Numbered from the stretch's first letter, positions 18,034 through 28,464 are shown. The stretch: 63,736 nt of DNA from an uncultured Planctomycetaceae bacterium (GCA_903912515.1 CAIWHS010000070.1:1-63736), one strand, 5' to 3'. The notes: generated from the letters alone by a model not told the origin. Numbers and translations are program-made.

Positions 18034-19338
18034 ATGAAGACTCCATTCCCGCTTTCCCGCCGTCAGATTCCCGACATGCTGAAGGCGTCGATCCGCGGCC
18101 CGCTCGTGATACTCATGGGTTCACCGGCCGAAATTGGCAACCTACTCGAGCAGCTCAAGCTGCCCGACGCACTATGCCTTCAGCTAGACCTGCACCAGGC
18201 CCGAGCGGTGCAGGCCGAACTGGCAGAGCGCGGCATTACCGCCCGAGTGGAAGTTGTCAAAGACTTTTGGGACATCCAACATGGCCAAGCCACAGTCCTC
18301 GTGATGGCGCAAATGCGGGGTGAGCGCGAACTGAAGATCGACACGATCGATCAGGCTTTCCACTCACTTTCCACTGGTGGCCGCATTCTGGTTTGGTGCC
18401 CCACCATCGACGACTCACTTCACCCGGAACTTTTAAAACGGTTTTTTGGCAAGACCCATGCCCACATCTGCAGCAACAGCCTGATTCTTTGGGCAGTACG
18501 GCAAGATGGCGATAACCGCCCCCGCCGTCGCCACGAGTTGAATTTTCATGCCCGTTTGGGTGGACATTCGTCGCAGAATTTCATTAGCCGGCCTGGAGTT
18601 TTCTCCTATGGCAAAATGGATGACGGATCACGGGCATTGGCTGAAATTGCCCGCATCGAACCGGGTGACCGGGTGCTTGACCTTGGCTGCGGCCATGGAA
18701 CCTTGGGCGTTTTTGCCGGGCTGACCACCGGGCCCAAAGGTGAAATCACCTTCGCTGACAGTAACGCTCGGGCACTGGACCTTGCGGCCTTGAATGCCAC
18801 CAATTGTGGCGTGACGCATTTCAAAACCCAGTTGGCATGCGAGTCTGCAGACCTGATCCCATTGGGCGAAAATTCTTTCGATGTGATCTTGGCGAACCCG
18901 CCCTACTTTGCAGGGGGCAGCATCGCCTTGAAGTTTGTCGATTTGGCTGCTCGCATGTTGAAGCCGGGAGGAAGGTTTTATTTGGTGACTCGTCAGCCAG
19001 ACGAACTGGCCGAGGCAATGAGCCCGCATTTCCCCAGCTTTGACGCGATCCTCAACCGCGGCTACACGGTGCTTTTGGTTGACGAGCAAATGTCACTGCG
19101 TCCCATCCCCGAGGAACTGCATGTTCCCGATGAAAACGCGGTTGAAGAACCGGCTGAGCTTCCCGTGGATTCTTTAGAACCCGAGGCCCGGATCCAAACC
19201 AAGCATCCGCGTGGCACCGGTTTTCGCCGGCGAGGCGTAGGTGGTGGTGGAGGCGCACCGCGGGGCGGGTTTGGCAAGCCACGCACCAGCCGCCGCGACA
19301 ACACCGGTCGCGACTTTCGTAACTCAAGGGAAGATTAA
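18034..19338 (+). CDS. class I SAM-dependent methyltransferase (RsmC/RlmG-like, NPPY motif) with RGG-rich C-terminal tail
   Basis: Motif I VLDLGCGHGTLG and motif IV ILANPPYF. It has a two-lobed architecture. The C-terminus is GFRRRGVGGGGGAPRGGFGKPRTSRRD. Confidence 0.8.
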   Translation: MKTPFPLSRRQIPDMLKASIRGPLVILMGSPAEIGNLLEQLKLPDALCLQLDLHQARAVQAELAERGITARVEVVKDFWDIQHGQATVLVMAQMRGERELKIDTIDQAFHSLSTGGRILVWCPTIDDSLHPELLKRFFGKTHAHICSNSLILWAVRQDGDNRPRRRHELNFHARLGGHSSQNFISRPGVFSYGKMDDGSRALAEIARIEPGDRVLDLGCGHGTLGVFAGLTTGPKGEITFADSNARALDLAALNATNCGVTHFKTQLACESADLIPLGENSFDVILANPPYFAGGSIALKFVDLAARMLKPGGRFYLVTRQPDELAEAMSPHFPSFDAILNRGYTVLLVDEQMSLRPIPEELHVPDENAVEEPAELPVDSLEPEARIQTKHPRGTGFRRRGVGGGGGAPRGGFGKPRTSRRDNTGRDFRNSRED

Positions 19339-19377
19339 TAATTACAAAGACGGTTTCGTTTCTCAGGAGAAAGCAGC

Positions 19378-20241
19378 ATGAACAGGCGACAATTCAATCT
19401 GACAGCCATGGCAACAGTGGCGGGCATGTCCGCAGGCACCGCTTTGGCCAAACGAGCCAAGCCGGCACTGAAAAAAGCACTGAAGTACGGCATGATCGGC
19501 GGTGGTGGCTCGGTGGAAGACCGTTTCCGCCGGGCTTTGGCTTGCGGTTTTCAGGGTGTCGAACTGGACAGTCCCATGGAAATCGATCGCGCAGAGGTGG
19601 TCAAGGCGCGTAGTGCAACCGAGATGGTGATTCACGGTGTTGTCGATTCCATCCATTGGAAGGATACTCTATCCAGCCCCAACGAGGCTGTGCGAGCCAA
19701 GGGGCTGCAAGGTCTGCTCACCGCCATCGAAGATTGCAAAACCTATGGAGGCACCACGGCCCTTTTGGTTCCAGGCGTTGTGAACAAAGACACAACTTTC
19801 GACCAATGCTGGGAGCGTTCAACGGCCGAGGTTAAAAAGGCTATCCCCGCCGCCGAGAAGGCCGGGGTGAAAATCGCCATCGAGACAGTGTGGAACAACT
19901 TCATCACCACGCCCGACCAACTGGTGAAGTATGTGGACCAGTTCGACAGCCCCTGGGTAGGTGCCTACTTCGACATCAGCAACATGATCAAATACGGTGT
20001 GCCCCCTGCTGATTGGATCCGAAAACTGGGTAAACGCATGCTGAAGTTCGACTTCAAGGGCTATTCCAACGAGAAAAAGTGGGTAGGCATTAGTGAAGGC
20101 GACGAGAATTGGCCTGAAGTGCTGAAAGCCCTCGACGAGGTGGGCTACAGTGGTTGGGCGACTGCAGAGGTGGGTGGGGGCGACGAAAAAGTACTGAAGG
20201 ACATTGCGGCCCGCATGGATAAAGTGCTGGGTTTGGCTTAA
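19378..20241 (+). CDS. sugar phosphate isomerase/epimerase (xylose isomerase-like TIM barrel) with Tat signal
   Basis: MNRRQFNLTAMATVAGMSAGTALA is a twin-arginine signal. KIAIETVWN and YFDI.N are typical of AP endonuclease 2/xylose isomerase-like barrels. Confidence 0.8.
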   Translation: MNRRQFNLTAMATVAGMSAGTALAKRAKPALKKALKYGMIGGGGSVEDRFRRALACGFQGVELDSPMEIDRAEVVKARSATEMVIHGVVDSIHWKDTLSSPNEAVRAKGLQGLLTAIEDCKTYGGTTALLVPGVVNKDTTFDQCWERSTAEVKKAIPAAEKAGVKIAIETVWNNFITTPDQLVKYVDQFDSPWVGAYFDISNMIKYGVPPADWIRKLGKRMLKFDFKGYSNEKKWVGISEGDENWPEVLKALDEVGYSGWATAEVGGGDEKVLKDIAARMDKVLGLA

Positions 20242-20249
20242 ACCGCTTT

Positions 20250-20281
20250 AAAAAAAGGGCTCGGGTGGAAAAACCGGGCCC
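20250..20281 (-). terminator. intrinsic terminator for the 20304-20750 gene (minus strand)
   Basis: The minus-strand transcript reads GGGCCCGG-loop-CCGAGCCC (8-bp stem including one G-U pair) followed by UUUUUUU, about 22 nt after the stop codon. Confidence 0.5.
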
Positions 20282-20303
20282 TTCCCTCGCATGCAGGCCA
20301 AAA

Positions 20304-20750
20304 TCATTTTGCCAACAAGCTGGTATGCTCGGCAATCAACCGCCAGCGGCCATCCTCTTTTTGCCAGACATCGGTGTAGCGTTGCACTTCATCGATTGGC
20401 AATCCCTTGCGCTTGCCACGCACTTTTACCAAACCTGTTTCCACCACCACATTCCCTGCCAACCGGCGCACCACATCATGCGACTCGACTGATTCGTAGT
20501 GGGTGTCGGGTTTGGCCAACATTTCAAGCACAGCGGCTCGTTCCATCACCCGCCCAGTGGCGGTGGTGAACACCACCGCCTTGGCGAGGATGCTTTCCAG
20601 CGCCGGCAGATCTCGCTGGGTGATGGCTATATCGTAGGCTTGCGAAACCGCTGCCACTTCTGCCAACACAAGTTTGGCCCCGTCTGCCGGGGTGATTTGG
20701 CCAAATGCCAATAGCAGCAACAGGACCATCGCTTGGGTTTTCCTTTTCAA
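20304..20750 (-). CDS. secreted SnoaL-like/DUF4440 (NTF2-fold) protein
   Basis: Signal peptide MKRKTQAMVLLLLLAFGQITPADGA. The C-terminal ...YTDVWQKEDGRWRLIAEH is a typical DUF4440 ending. The TTG start overlaps the upstream stop. Confidence 0.65.
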   Translation of the reverse strand: MKRKTQAMVLLLLLAFGQITPADGAKLVLAEVAAVSQAYDIAITQRDLPALESILAKAVVFTTATGRVMERAAVLEMLAKPDTHYESVESHDVVRRLAGNVVVETGLVKVRGKRKGLPIDEVQRYTDVWQKEDGRWRLIAEHTSLLAK

Positions 20751-20968
20751 GCTTGGGGAGTGGGAGCCAGATCACTGCCCTGAAAAACGCCCTTATGGGC
20801 ACCATCACAGAACGGCTTGTTTTTGGACAAACCGCAGCGGCAAAGTGCCACCACTTCCTTGCCTGCAGGAATGGGAAAGGGATTGCCCAGATGATCAACC
20901 ACCTTCACGGTACCGGGCACAACTAGGGGACCATTTTCACGACACCGAAGAGTGATAGGTTCGGACAT
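20747..20968 (-). CDS. CDGSH-type iron-sulfur domain protein
   Basis: CRCGLSKNKPFCDGAHKG is the CDGSH [2Fe-2S] signature. The ATG at 20968 is preceded by AGGAAG. Confidence 0.85.
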   Translation of the reverse strand: MSEPITLRCRENGPLVVPGTVKVVDHLGNPFPIPAGKEVVALCRCGLSKNKPFCDGAHKGVFQGSDLAPTPQA

Positions 20969-21049
20969 ATTCTGCTTCCTCCAAAAAACTACAATCAAAA
21001 CGAACCGACCCCGCAATGGCGGGGCCGGCCGCTTCAATCTTTCCTTATT

Positions 21050-21763
21050 CTATCGATTGCCGTTAGCGGGCAAATCGACATAGAAATCGTCTCGGGTCGG
21101 GTGTGATGTGAATTTCCACGAAATGCGTTTGCCTAGATACTCCATGAACACCTGGCGAAATTCGGCTGGAGATTTTTCGGTGGTGGTCAACTGCATCGCG
21201 TTTTCGCGCGGATAGCTGCAGGAGAACGGGCGGGGAGGTGGTGATTCCTCAGGGTGCTTCACATCCACCAAGGAGATTGTCATGTCTGCGTTACCGCGGT
21301 AGAGGGTTCCGCCTGAACCTGGCTCATACAGACCAAGCTTGTTGATTTCCATGTAAATAACCCAGTCAGCCTTGAAGTATTCACCAATGCTGGCCAACTC
21401 GGACTCATGCCAGTCGGGATGACTGATCTTATAATCTTCAACCTTGCGGGCGGGAACTATTGTCACCTTCTCTTTGTTCAATTCAAAAAGCTGGCGCATG
21501 CTGCGCTCGAGGAAATGGGTCAACTCGCGGTCTGAGTTGATAAATTCCGGGCGGAGGTCAAGGCGATGGTAGGTGAGAATCACCACCTTGCGCTCTTCCT
21601 TCTTATTTTTGGAGGCGACCTTCTGGATTTCGGCCTCGTGCTTGGGATCTTCCATGGCAAAGAGGAAATAGGGCACCTGTAGCACATTGCACCCTGCGCC
21701 GGCCAAGGCCAGACCGATCACAGCGCCAGCCAGCAGCCGAAACCGATTGAAGACCTTACTCAT
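21050..21763 (-). CDS. hypothetical lipoprotein
   Basis: The ATG at 21763 gives MSKVFNRFRLLAGAVIGLALAGAGC (lipobox LAGAGC). ATGA overlap with the upstream DUF2752 gene. No family recognised. Confidence 0.6.
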   Translation of the reverse strand: MSKVFNRFRLLAGAVIGLALAGAGCNVLQVPYFLFAMEDPKHEAEIQKVASKNKKEERKVVILTYHRLDLRPEFINSDRELTHFLERSMRQLFELNKEKVTIVPARKVEDYKISHPDWHESELASIGEYFKADWVIYMEINKLGLYEPGSGGTLYRGNADMTISLVDVKHPEESPPPRPFSCSYPRENAMQLTTTEKSPAEFRQVFMEYLGKRISWKFTSHPTRDDFYVDLPANGNR

Positions 21764-22188
21764 GGCATACCCCCCATTCGCGCCCACAAAATGGCGCCAG
21801 AAACCAACAACCAGCGTCCCAGGGCAGAAACCAGTGCGATAAACAAACCGGTTAACAGGCCTGTTTCCAAACTGGTGAACCACCATAACTTTCCACCCAG
21901 CCCCGCCAACAAGCACCAAGGAATGGCAACCAGCCCCATGAGGGCAAGTAACAATCCAGCACCATTGGCCCGCCAGCTTCCCACCACATCTCCATGCATA
22001 AGCAAAGAAAAGCTGGTGGTCATGCCGCAAGAAGGGCAAGGAAATCCGCTAATGACCAAGAAGTTGCATGGGGGCAAGCCCAACTGGGTGTGAGTTCCTT
22101 GGGTAAAGGGCTCGCCTGTGGCTGGATCGTAGGGGCTAAGGTGCAAGGCAATGGCCAAAACCACCACCGTCCCTGTGGCAAAAACCAA
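21760..22188 (-). CDS. DUF2752-like membrane protein
   Basis: CPSCGMTTS motif followed by hydrophobic helices, as in the DUF2752 family. The start (TTG at 22188) is uncertain. Confidence 0.65.
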   Translation of the reverse strand: MVFATGTVVVLAIALHLSPYDPATGEPFTQGTHTQLGLPPCNFLVISGFPCPSCGMTTSFSLLMHGDVVGSWRANGAGLLLALMGLVAIPWCLLAGLGGKLWWFTSLETGLLTGLFIALVSALGRWLLVSGAILWARMGGMP

Positions 22189-22287
22189 AGCAGCAATCCG
22201 CTCCCAAGCCTTTGCCGGGTATAGCTTTATGCCAAAAAAAGGATTCCATTCGGCACGGATTGTTTGACCACTTAGAGGCCATTCTCT

Positions 22288-22992
22288 TTATGCAGCCTTG
22301 CGCTTTTCATGGTCGGAGGACTTTGAACTTTGGGAATTCGCCAAAATTTCCTCTGCCCGCTTGTTGACATCATCCAGCGCCTGCTGAACTTGTTGAATTG
22401 CGCGCTCCATCATCCCCCTGCCAGCTTCTTTGGAAAACACCAAGGGTTTACCGGTAACCAGCACAGCGCGGCTGAAGGGTTTGGGTAGGGCAAACCTGTC
22501 CCACGATTTGAACCGCCAGCAGTTGGAGTAGGCCACCCCAAAGGCAACCACCGGCAGGTTAGATTTCAAAGCCAGATAACCAACCCCGGCTTGGACCTCG
22601 CGCCTGGGGCCTCTGGGCCCATCAGGAGTGATGGCCAAATGGCAAGTTTCGCCTTGCCGCAACATTTCCTTGACCGCTTCGGCACCGCCCCGTGTGGAAG
22701 AACCCGCCACTGTGGCAAAACCCAATGTTCGAATGGCACGGGCCATCATCTGCCCGTCGGCATGCTTACTGGTTAGTACCTGAATATCCTTGCGGGCGTA
22801 CTGACTGGCTGGCACCAAAATATGTTCGTGCCAGAAACAATAAAGAAAATGCCCTTGGAAACCAGGTTCGTTAGGGTCGTAGCGGCCTTCTTGAGGGTGG
22901 TATTCGAAGCGAATTGTCCGCATCCAGGTCCGCACCAACATGGCAATGCACCAGCCGGCAACCGCCATCAGAAATGGGCTGCGGATTTTCAT
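22288..22992 (-). CDS. lysophospholipid acyltransferase-like DUF374 protein
   Basis: FWHEHIL, LTSKHADGQMMA, GSSTRGGAEA and ITPDGPRGPR are the DUF374/LPLAT pattern. Alternative starts are at 23016 and 23037. Confidence 0.75.
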   Translation of the reverse strand: MKIRSPFLMAVAGWCIAMLVRTWMRTIRFEYHPQEGRYDPNEPGFQGHFLYCFWHEHILVPASQYARKDIQVLTSKHADGQMMARAIRTLGFATVAGSSTRGGAEAVKEMLRQGETCHLAITPDGPRGPRREVQAGVGYLALKSNLPVVAFGVAYSNCWRFKSWDRFALPKPFSRAVLVTGKPLVFSKEAGRGMMERAIQQVQQALDDVNKRAEEILANSQSSKSSDHEKRKAA

Positions 22993-23024
22993 GGCCAAAC
23001 CTCTGGGAATGGCCATGAAACTGC

Positions 23025-23885
23025 TCAACGGGGCCAAATCCCGCTGAAAACCTCCGTGGCCGGCCCCGTCATATACACCGTATGGCCCTCACCGGGCCAC
23101 TCCAGTTCCAATTCTCCGCCTAGCAGCTTGCCTGTGCATTTCCGGTCAAGCCTGTTGGTCAAAATTCCAGCAACGGCCACAGCGCAGGCTCCGGTGCCAC
23201 AGGCCAAGGTCTCCCCTGAACCGCGCTCCCAAACACGCATCACAAACCTATTCCTGGAAACGACTTCCACAAACTCTATGTTTGCCCGCTTGGGAAAAGC
23301 CGGGCAAGTTTCCAAAAACTTTCCAACTTCATGCACCATCGAATCGGTGATTTTTTCAACAAATGCCACAGCGTGGGGATTTCCCATGCTCACACAGGTA
23401 AGCTTCACAGACCCCCACGGAGTTTCCACAGGCACTTCCAAGGGTGGTTGCCCAGACAAAATTGTGGGAATGAGCGCGGCCTGCAAAATGGGTTGCCCCA
23501 TTTCAACCCGCACCCGCGCCACCTTGCCATCTTCCAATTCCAAATCCACCGGCAACAATCCTCGACCGGTTTCCAGCACCAGGCGGGTTTTGGGCGCCAT
23601 GCCATGGTCATAAACCAGCTTGGCCACACAGCGCAGGCCGTTGCCGCACATTTCCGATTCGCTACCGTCTGAGTTGAACATGCGCATCCGGGCGTCGGCC
23701 CCTTGCGCTTGGGCGGCAGCACTGGGCGGGCAAACCAGAATCAGTCCATCTCCGCCAATTCCAAAATGACGGTCACTCACCGCAACCGCCAAAGCCGCGG
23801 GATCTGCCGGAAGCGGGTTACGGAAGCAATCGACATACACATAGTCGTTGCCCAAACCGTGCATTTTTATGAACGGAATCACCAT
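23025..23885 (-). CDS. dapF: diaminopimelate epimerase
   Basis: [15 protein letters not shown], catalytic Cys motifs MCGNGLRC and ACGTGA, and appropriate length. Confidence 0.93.
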   Translation of the reverse strand: MVIPFIKMHGLGNDYVYVDCFRNPLPADPAALAVAVSDRHFGIGGDGLILVCPPSAAAQAQGADARMRMFNSDGSESEMCGNGLRCVAKLVYDHGMAPKTRLVLETGRGLLPVDLELEDGKVARVRVEMGQPILQAALIPTILSGQPPLEVPVETPWGSVKLTCVSMGNPHAVAFVEKITDSMVHEVGKFLETCPAFPKRANIEFVEVVSRNRFVMRVWERGSGETLACGTGACAVAVAGILTNRLDRKCTGKLLGGELELEWPGEGHTVYMTGPATEVFSGIWPR

Positions 23886-23929
23886 AAAATCCTTCTTTTA
23901 TGCGGAGCCCAAAAATCTCGAGAAGCCGA

Positions 23930-25504
23930 TCACTCCCACTCGATGGTGGCGGGCGGCTTGCTGGAGATGTCATAGACCACACGGTTCACCCCACGCACCT
24001 CGTTGACAATGCGTGTGGATATTTTGCGTAGCAGTTCATGCGGTAAAGGAGCCCAGTCGGCGGTCATGAAATCGTCGGTGGTTACTGCCCGCAGGGCGAT
24101 GGTTTCATCGTAGGTTCTGCCATCACCCATCACGCCTACGCTGCGCACAGGTAATAAAACCGCAAATGCTTGCGATGTTTTCTCGTACCAGCCGCTGGTG
24201 TGGAGTTCAGCCTGATAAATGGTGTCGGACTTACGCAGCACTGCCAGCCTATCCGAAGTGACTTCACCCAGGCAACGCACTGCCAAGCCCGGCCCGGGAA
24301 ACGGATGCCGCCAGACCAGCTCACGTGGCAGGCCAAGGGCCTCTCCCAGTTTGCGGACCTCGTCTTTGAACAAGTCACGCAACGGTTCAATCAGCTCAAA
24401 ACCCAGTTTCTCGGGCAAGCCACCCACATTGTGATGGGTTTTGATGACTGCCGCCGGTCCATCCGGTGATCCACCGGACTCAATCACATCAGGATAAAGG
24501 GTACCTTGGGCAAGAAATTTCGCCCCCTGAAGCCCCTTCGCCTCCTGCGTGAAAACATCGATGAACAACCCGCCGATCTTTTTGCGTTTGGCTTGCGGAT
24601 CGGTGACGCCTGATAATGCGTCGAGAAAAAGCTTGGTGGCATCCGCCACGCGCAATTTGGTGCCGAAATGGCTCTCAAAAACTTCCGCCACACTGGCTGC
24701 CTCATCCGCTCGCAGCAGGCCGTTATCCACCAGAATGCAAACAGCCTGAGGGCCAATCGACCGAGCAAGCAAAGCTGCCAAAACCGATGAATCCACCCCG
24801 CCGGACAAGCCGCAAATCACCCGATTTTTTCCAACCCGTTTGCGAATCTCATGAATCTGGTGCTCCAGAAAATCGTCCATGGTCCACAGGCCGTGGCAAC
24901 CACAAACGCCCTTTAAAAACTGGCTTAGAATCGCGCCACCACGGTCAGTGTGCACCACCTCTGGATGAAACTGAAGGCCATAAAATGGCTTGGCGGAATG
25001 CTTCACCGCCGCCATCGGGCAAGTGGGGGTGCTAGCCAAGATCTGCCATTGGCCCCCCTGCCCCGGCTCCACTTGGTCTCCATGGCTCATCCATACCGAG
25101 GTTGTTTTTTCGCCCACAGAATCGAGCAGGCCACCACCTTCAACCACTTCAACACTTGCACGGCCAAATTCACGATGGTCGGCCCGTTTTACATTCAGGC
25201 CAAGGGTTTGGCAAAGGGCTTGCATGCCGTAGCAAATGCCCAGAATCGGTATGCCTAGCTCAAGAATGGCGGGGTCGAACTTGGGTGCTCCCTTGTCGTA
25301 CACGCTGGAAGGGCCGCCGCTGAAAATGATTCCCTTGGGCTGAAGCTCCTTGATACGGGCTGCGGTCAGGTCGTGGCGAACCAGGCGGCAGAACACCCTA
25401 TGCTCGCGTACCCTGCGGGCTATGAGCTGTGCATATTGTGACCCGAAATCAAGGATTAGGATCTGTTCAGATTGGGCTTGTTGGGCCGTGTCCAACTGGG
25501 CCAT
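23930..25504 (-). CDS. guaA: GMP synthase (glutamine-hydrolysing)
   Basis: GATase domain ([15 protein letters not shown]), ATP-PPase SGGVDSS, and the C-terminal dimerisation end ...[11 protein letters not shown]. Confidence 0.95.
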   Translation of the reverse strand: MAQLDTAQQAQSEQILILDFGSQYAQLIARRVREHRVFCRLVRHDLTAARIKELQPKGIIFSGGPSSVYDKGAPKFDPAILELGIPILGICYGMQALCQTLGLNVKRADHREFGRASVEVVEGGGLLDSVGEKTTSVWMSHGDQVEPGQGGQWQILASTPTCPMAAVKHSAKPFYGLQFHPEVVHTDRGGAILSQFLKGVCGCHGLWTMDDFLEHQIHEIRKRVGKNRVICGLSGGVDSSVLAALLARSIGPQAVCILVDNGLLRADEAASVAEVFESHFGTKLRVADATKLFLDALSGVTDPQAKRKKIGGLFIDVFTQEAKGLQGAKFLAQGTLYPDVIESGGSPDGPAAVIKTHHNVGGLPEKLGFELIEPLRDLFKDEVRKLGEALGLPRELVWRHPFPGPGLAVRCLGEVTSDRLAVLRKSDTIYQAELHTSGWYEKTSQAFAVLLPVRSVGVMGDGRTYDETIALRAVTTDDFMTADWAPLPHELLRKISTRIVNEVRGVNRVVYDISSKPPATIEWE

Positions 25505-25644
25505 GGCTGCCTGGGCTTTCCTTAGCGGTCTCCAATCATGGGATTGGAGGACCGTCCAATCAAAAGAAATATACTAGCATTGCTGACCGCTCTGTCCATC
25601 GTCAGCCAATCTTTTGATACCCGTTGCCAAGAAATGGTCAAAAA

Positions 25645-26481
25645 TCAGTTTTTCCCCAATTCTTCCGCCCTTCGGGCCGCAGCAAGCACCGCATCGATCA
25701 ATCCGCCCCGAACGCCGGCCTTTTCCAGAGCGTGAAGCCCTGCAATGGTGGTGCCACCCGGGCTGGCCACTTCGTCCTTCAGTTGAGCCGGGTGCTTGCC
25801 GGTTTCTAACACCATTTTGGCAGTGCCTAATACGGTTTGGGCGGCCAAAGTTTGGGCCACATCGCGTGGCAAACCGGCCCGAACTCCCCCATCTGCCAGG
25901 GCCTCAATCATCAGGCAAACAAAAGCAGGCCCACTGCCGCTTAGCCCGGTCACCGCGTCTAGCAGGCTTTCTTTCAACTCAAACACTATGCCCACCGAAC
26001 CAAAAAGTCTGGAAACCACCTGGGAATCTTCAGTGCTCGCCTGTTTGCCGCAGGAGAAAGCCGAGGCACTGGCCCCAACTTGACAAGGGGTGTTGGGCAT
26101 GACCCGAATCACCCGTTGGTGGCCAAGGGCGGCACAGAGGGTCGGAAGTGTAGCCCCGGCCACGATGGAAATGATTAGCTTTTCGGCCCCCAAATCACCC
26201 TTCAAATCGGCAATCACCGCATGGAGTTGCTGGGGCTTCACTGCCAAAACCACCACTTTGCTGGCCTTCAGCATGGCGCGATTATCGTCGGTTGCCCAAT
26301 AGCCAGTTGCCTGGTGAAAACTTTCACAGGCTGCGGCAAACGGATCCGAGGCTTGGCAGTGGCCCAATTTTAAAAGGCCTGCGTGCTTCCAGCCCACAGC
26401 CAAGGCGGTGGCCATTCTGCCGGCACCCAAAAAACCCAAATCCAAAACAGGAACAGGCTGAATTTGTTGGCTGTTTGGCAT
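25645..26481 (-). CDS. proC: pyrroline-5-carboxylate reductase
   Basis: GFLGAGRMATALA Rossmann motif, VVLAVKPQ, SGSGPAF and SPGGTTIAGL are ProC signatures. Confidence 0.9.
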   Translation of the reverse strand: MPNSQQIQPVPVLDLGFLGAGRMATALAVGWKHAGLLKLGHCQASDPFAAACESFHQATGYWATDDNRAMLKASKVVVLAVKPQQLHAVIADLKGDLGAEKLIISIVAGATLPTLCAALGHQRVIRVMPNTPCQVGASASAFSCGKQASTEDSQVVSRLFGSVGIVFELKESLLDAVTGLSGSGPAFVCLMIEALADGGVRAGLPRDVAQTLAAQTVLGTAKMVLETGKHPAQLKDEVASPGGTTIAGLHALEKAGVRGGLIDAVLAAARRAEELGKN

Positions 26482-26643
26482 GAATTGGCTCTCCACTGAC
26501 CCGCAGACAAAGAAACTTCAAGCCGAAAGCCCGCAAAAGCTTGCGTCCTAACGGCTGGAGCGTAAAACCTCTGTTGGGGGAATCTTAACGCATCCTGCGA
26601 TCTAAGGGGGATGATCTGCCCCCCCCCTCCCGGAGACCTGACC

Positions 26644-28092
26644 ATGGCACAAGCCGTCTCACTTACCCCACCCGTTTCAGCCAAAAAAGGCTGGGGAACT
26701 CTCGGCCTGCTCTCGAGATATCAGTGGTTTGTTTTCCTAATGGCGAGCTTAGCATGGACTGCCGACTGTATGGACCAGCAGCTTTTCACCGCCGCCCGGG
26801 TTCAAGCTATTCAAGCTGTTCTCACCAACCAGCACGGCGCGGAATTTGTCAAATCATCTGAAGGTGCCGCACTTGCCAAATCATGGGCTGCGGGAGCCAC
26901 AGCAGCATTTTTGGTTGGATGGGCTGTGGGGGGCTTTATTTTTGGAGTGATGGGCGACCGTTCCGGCCGCGTGAAAACCCTCATCACCACGGTGCTGCTG
27001 TATTCGGTTTTCACCGGCTTAAGCGCTTTTTCCACATCGGTCTACGATTTCACCCTGTACCGTTTCCTCACCGGTTTGGGCGTGGGAGGGGTTTTTGGTG
27101 TTGCGGTCGCCCTGCTGGCAGAGGAAATGCCTGATCAGGCGCGTCCCTACACCCTAGGACTTCTTCAGGCCCTTTCGGCAGTTGGCAATGTGACTGCCGC
27201 CCTCATCACTATGCTGTTCGGCTATTTGGTAAGTCAGGGCACCTTTGTCGGAGCCAAATGGCAACCATGGCAAATCATGTTTCTGGTGGGTGTGGCACCA
27301 GCCGCTTTGGTTTTGTTAATGCGCGGCCGCCTGCATGAGCCGGCCAAATGGGTGGAAAGGGTCAAGGCTGGAAAGGCACAGGGAATCAAGGCGGGGTCTT
27401 TTGGAGAATTGCTCACCGACAAGCGATGGGCAAAAAATGCTTGGCTTGGTTTGTTGCTAGCTTTTGCGGGGGTAGTGGGATTATGGGGCATTGGCTTTTT
27501 CAGCGTAGATTTGAATCAAAGCATTTTCAGGAAGGTAGTGGGTGAGCATGCCCAACAATTGGGCCTCGATGAGGCCACCAAGGCCTATTTCATTCCCGGC
27601 ATGACAATGGTCTGGTCAGGCGTTGGTTTGTTCACCCTGCAAATCGGCGCCTTTTGGGGCATGATCAGTTTCAGTTGGCTCGCTCAGGCCATCGGCCGCA
27701 AACCGGCCTTTTTCATCTCATTCCTGGGGGCGCTCGCTAGCACAGTTGCGGTGTTTGGATTTGTCAGTGAGGTTTGGCACCTCTTCACGCTGGTACCGTT
27801 AATGGGCTTTTTTCAATTGTCGCTTTTTGGCGGCTATGCCATTTATTTCCCTGAGCTCTTCCCCACCCATTTGCGCAGCACGGGAACCAGCTTCTGCTAT
27901 AACTTCGGCAGGCTTATCGCAGCCACCGGCCCGCTGCTATTGGGCTATCTGACTGCCAATGTTTTCACCAAGGAAAATGGCTATCAAGAGGGAATGCGCC
28001 AGGCAGGCATGGTGATGTCGAGCGTGTTCCTGTTGGGTGTGCTGGTTTTGCCTTGGCTGCCGGAAACCAAGGGAAAGCCCCTGCCGGAATAG
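26644..28092 (+). CDS. MFS transporter
   Basis: About 12 predicted hydrophobic helices and the MFS loop motif GVMGDRSGRVKT. An alternative ATG lies at 26611. Stop is TAG. Confidence 0.85.
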   Translation: MAQAVSLTPPVSAKKGWGTLGLLSRYQWFVFLMASLAWTADCMDQQLFTAARVQAIQAVLTNQHGAEFVKSSEGAALAKSWAAGATAAFLVGWAVGGFIFGVMGDRSGRVKTLITTVLLYSVFTGLSAFSTSVYDFTLYRFLTGLGVGGVFGVAVALLAEEMPDQARPYTLGLLQALSAVGNVTAALITMLFGYLVSQGTFVGAKWQPWQIMFLVGVAPAALVLLMRGRLHEPAKWVERVKAGKAQGIKAGSFGELLTDKRWAKNAWLGLLLAFAGVVGLWGIGFFSVDLNQSIFRKVVGEHAQQLGLDEATKAYFIPGMTMVWSGVGLFTLQIGAFWGMISFSWLAQAIGRKPAFFISFLGALASTVAVFGFVSEVWHLFTLVPLMGFFQLSLFGGYAIYFPELFPTHLRSTGTSFCYNFGRLIAATGPLLLGYLTANVFTKENGYQEGMRQAGMVMSSVFLLGVLVLPWLPETKGKPLPE

Positions 28093-28149
28093 GCCCCCAA
28101 CTGCTAAAAATAGCTCATTATTCCCAGAACCAACCCAAGGCGATTCAAC

Positions 28150-28416
28150 ATGGCGACCAGCACTCCTACCCAACCCCAGTGGCTATCTTGCCGTGGTGGC
28201 AAGTTAGTCCCCAGCTCGAATGGCCAAAGCTGGCTTGTCGATTTGGGTGCGGAACCTGCATATGCCTTGGTGGCCATTCCCGCCGAAGGCAAACACACCG
28301 TGAAGGTGCTGGAAACCATCAACGGCAAACAATTCACCACCGGCAAGGTTTACCCCACCATCCAGGCTGCCCTGGAAGCTGGGGCCGAAGCCCTGCGCGA
28401 AAAAATGGGCTGGTAG
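28150..28416 (+). CDS. hypothetical protein
   Basis: 88-aa ORF with an ATG start and TAG stop. No family recognised. Confidence 0.45.
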   Translation: MATSTPTQPQWLSCRGGKLVPSSNGQSWLVDLGAEPAYALVAIPAEGKHTVKVLETINGKQFTTGKVYPTIQAALEAGAEALREKMGW

Positions 28417-28464
28417 TTTAAGCCGCGATAAACCTTAAAAAGTGTTACGATTGGTTAAAAGCCC

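Noticed and set aside
26619-26627. C9 homopolymer just upstream of, or within the alternative N-terminus of, the MFS transporter gene. Considered as a phase-variation tract
   Set aside because: It lies upstream of the better-supported start (ATG 26644 with GGAGA). There is no evidence of frame dependence, and length variability cannot be assessed from one sequence.
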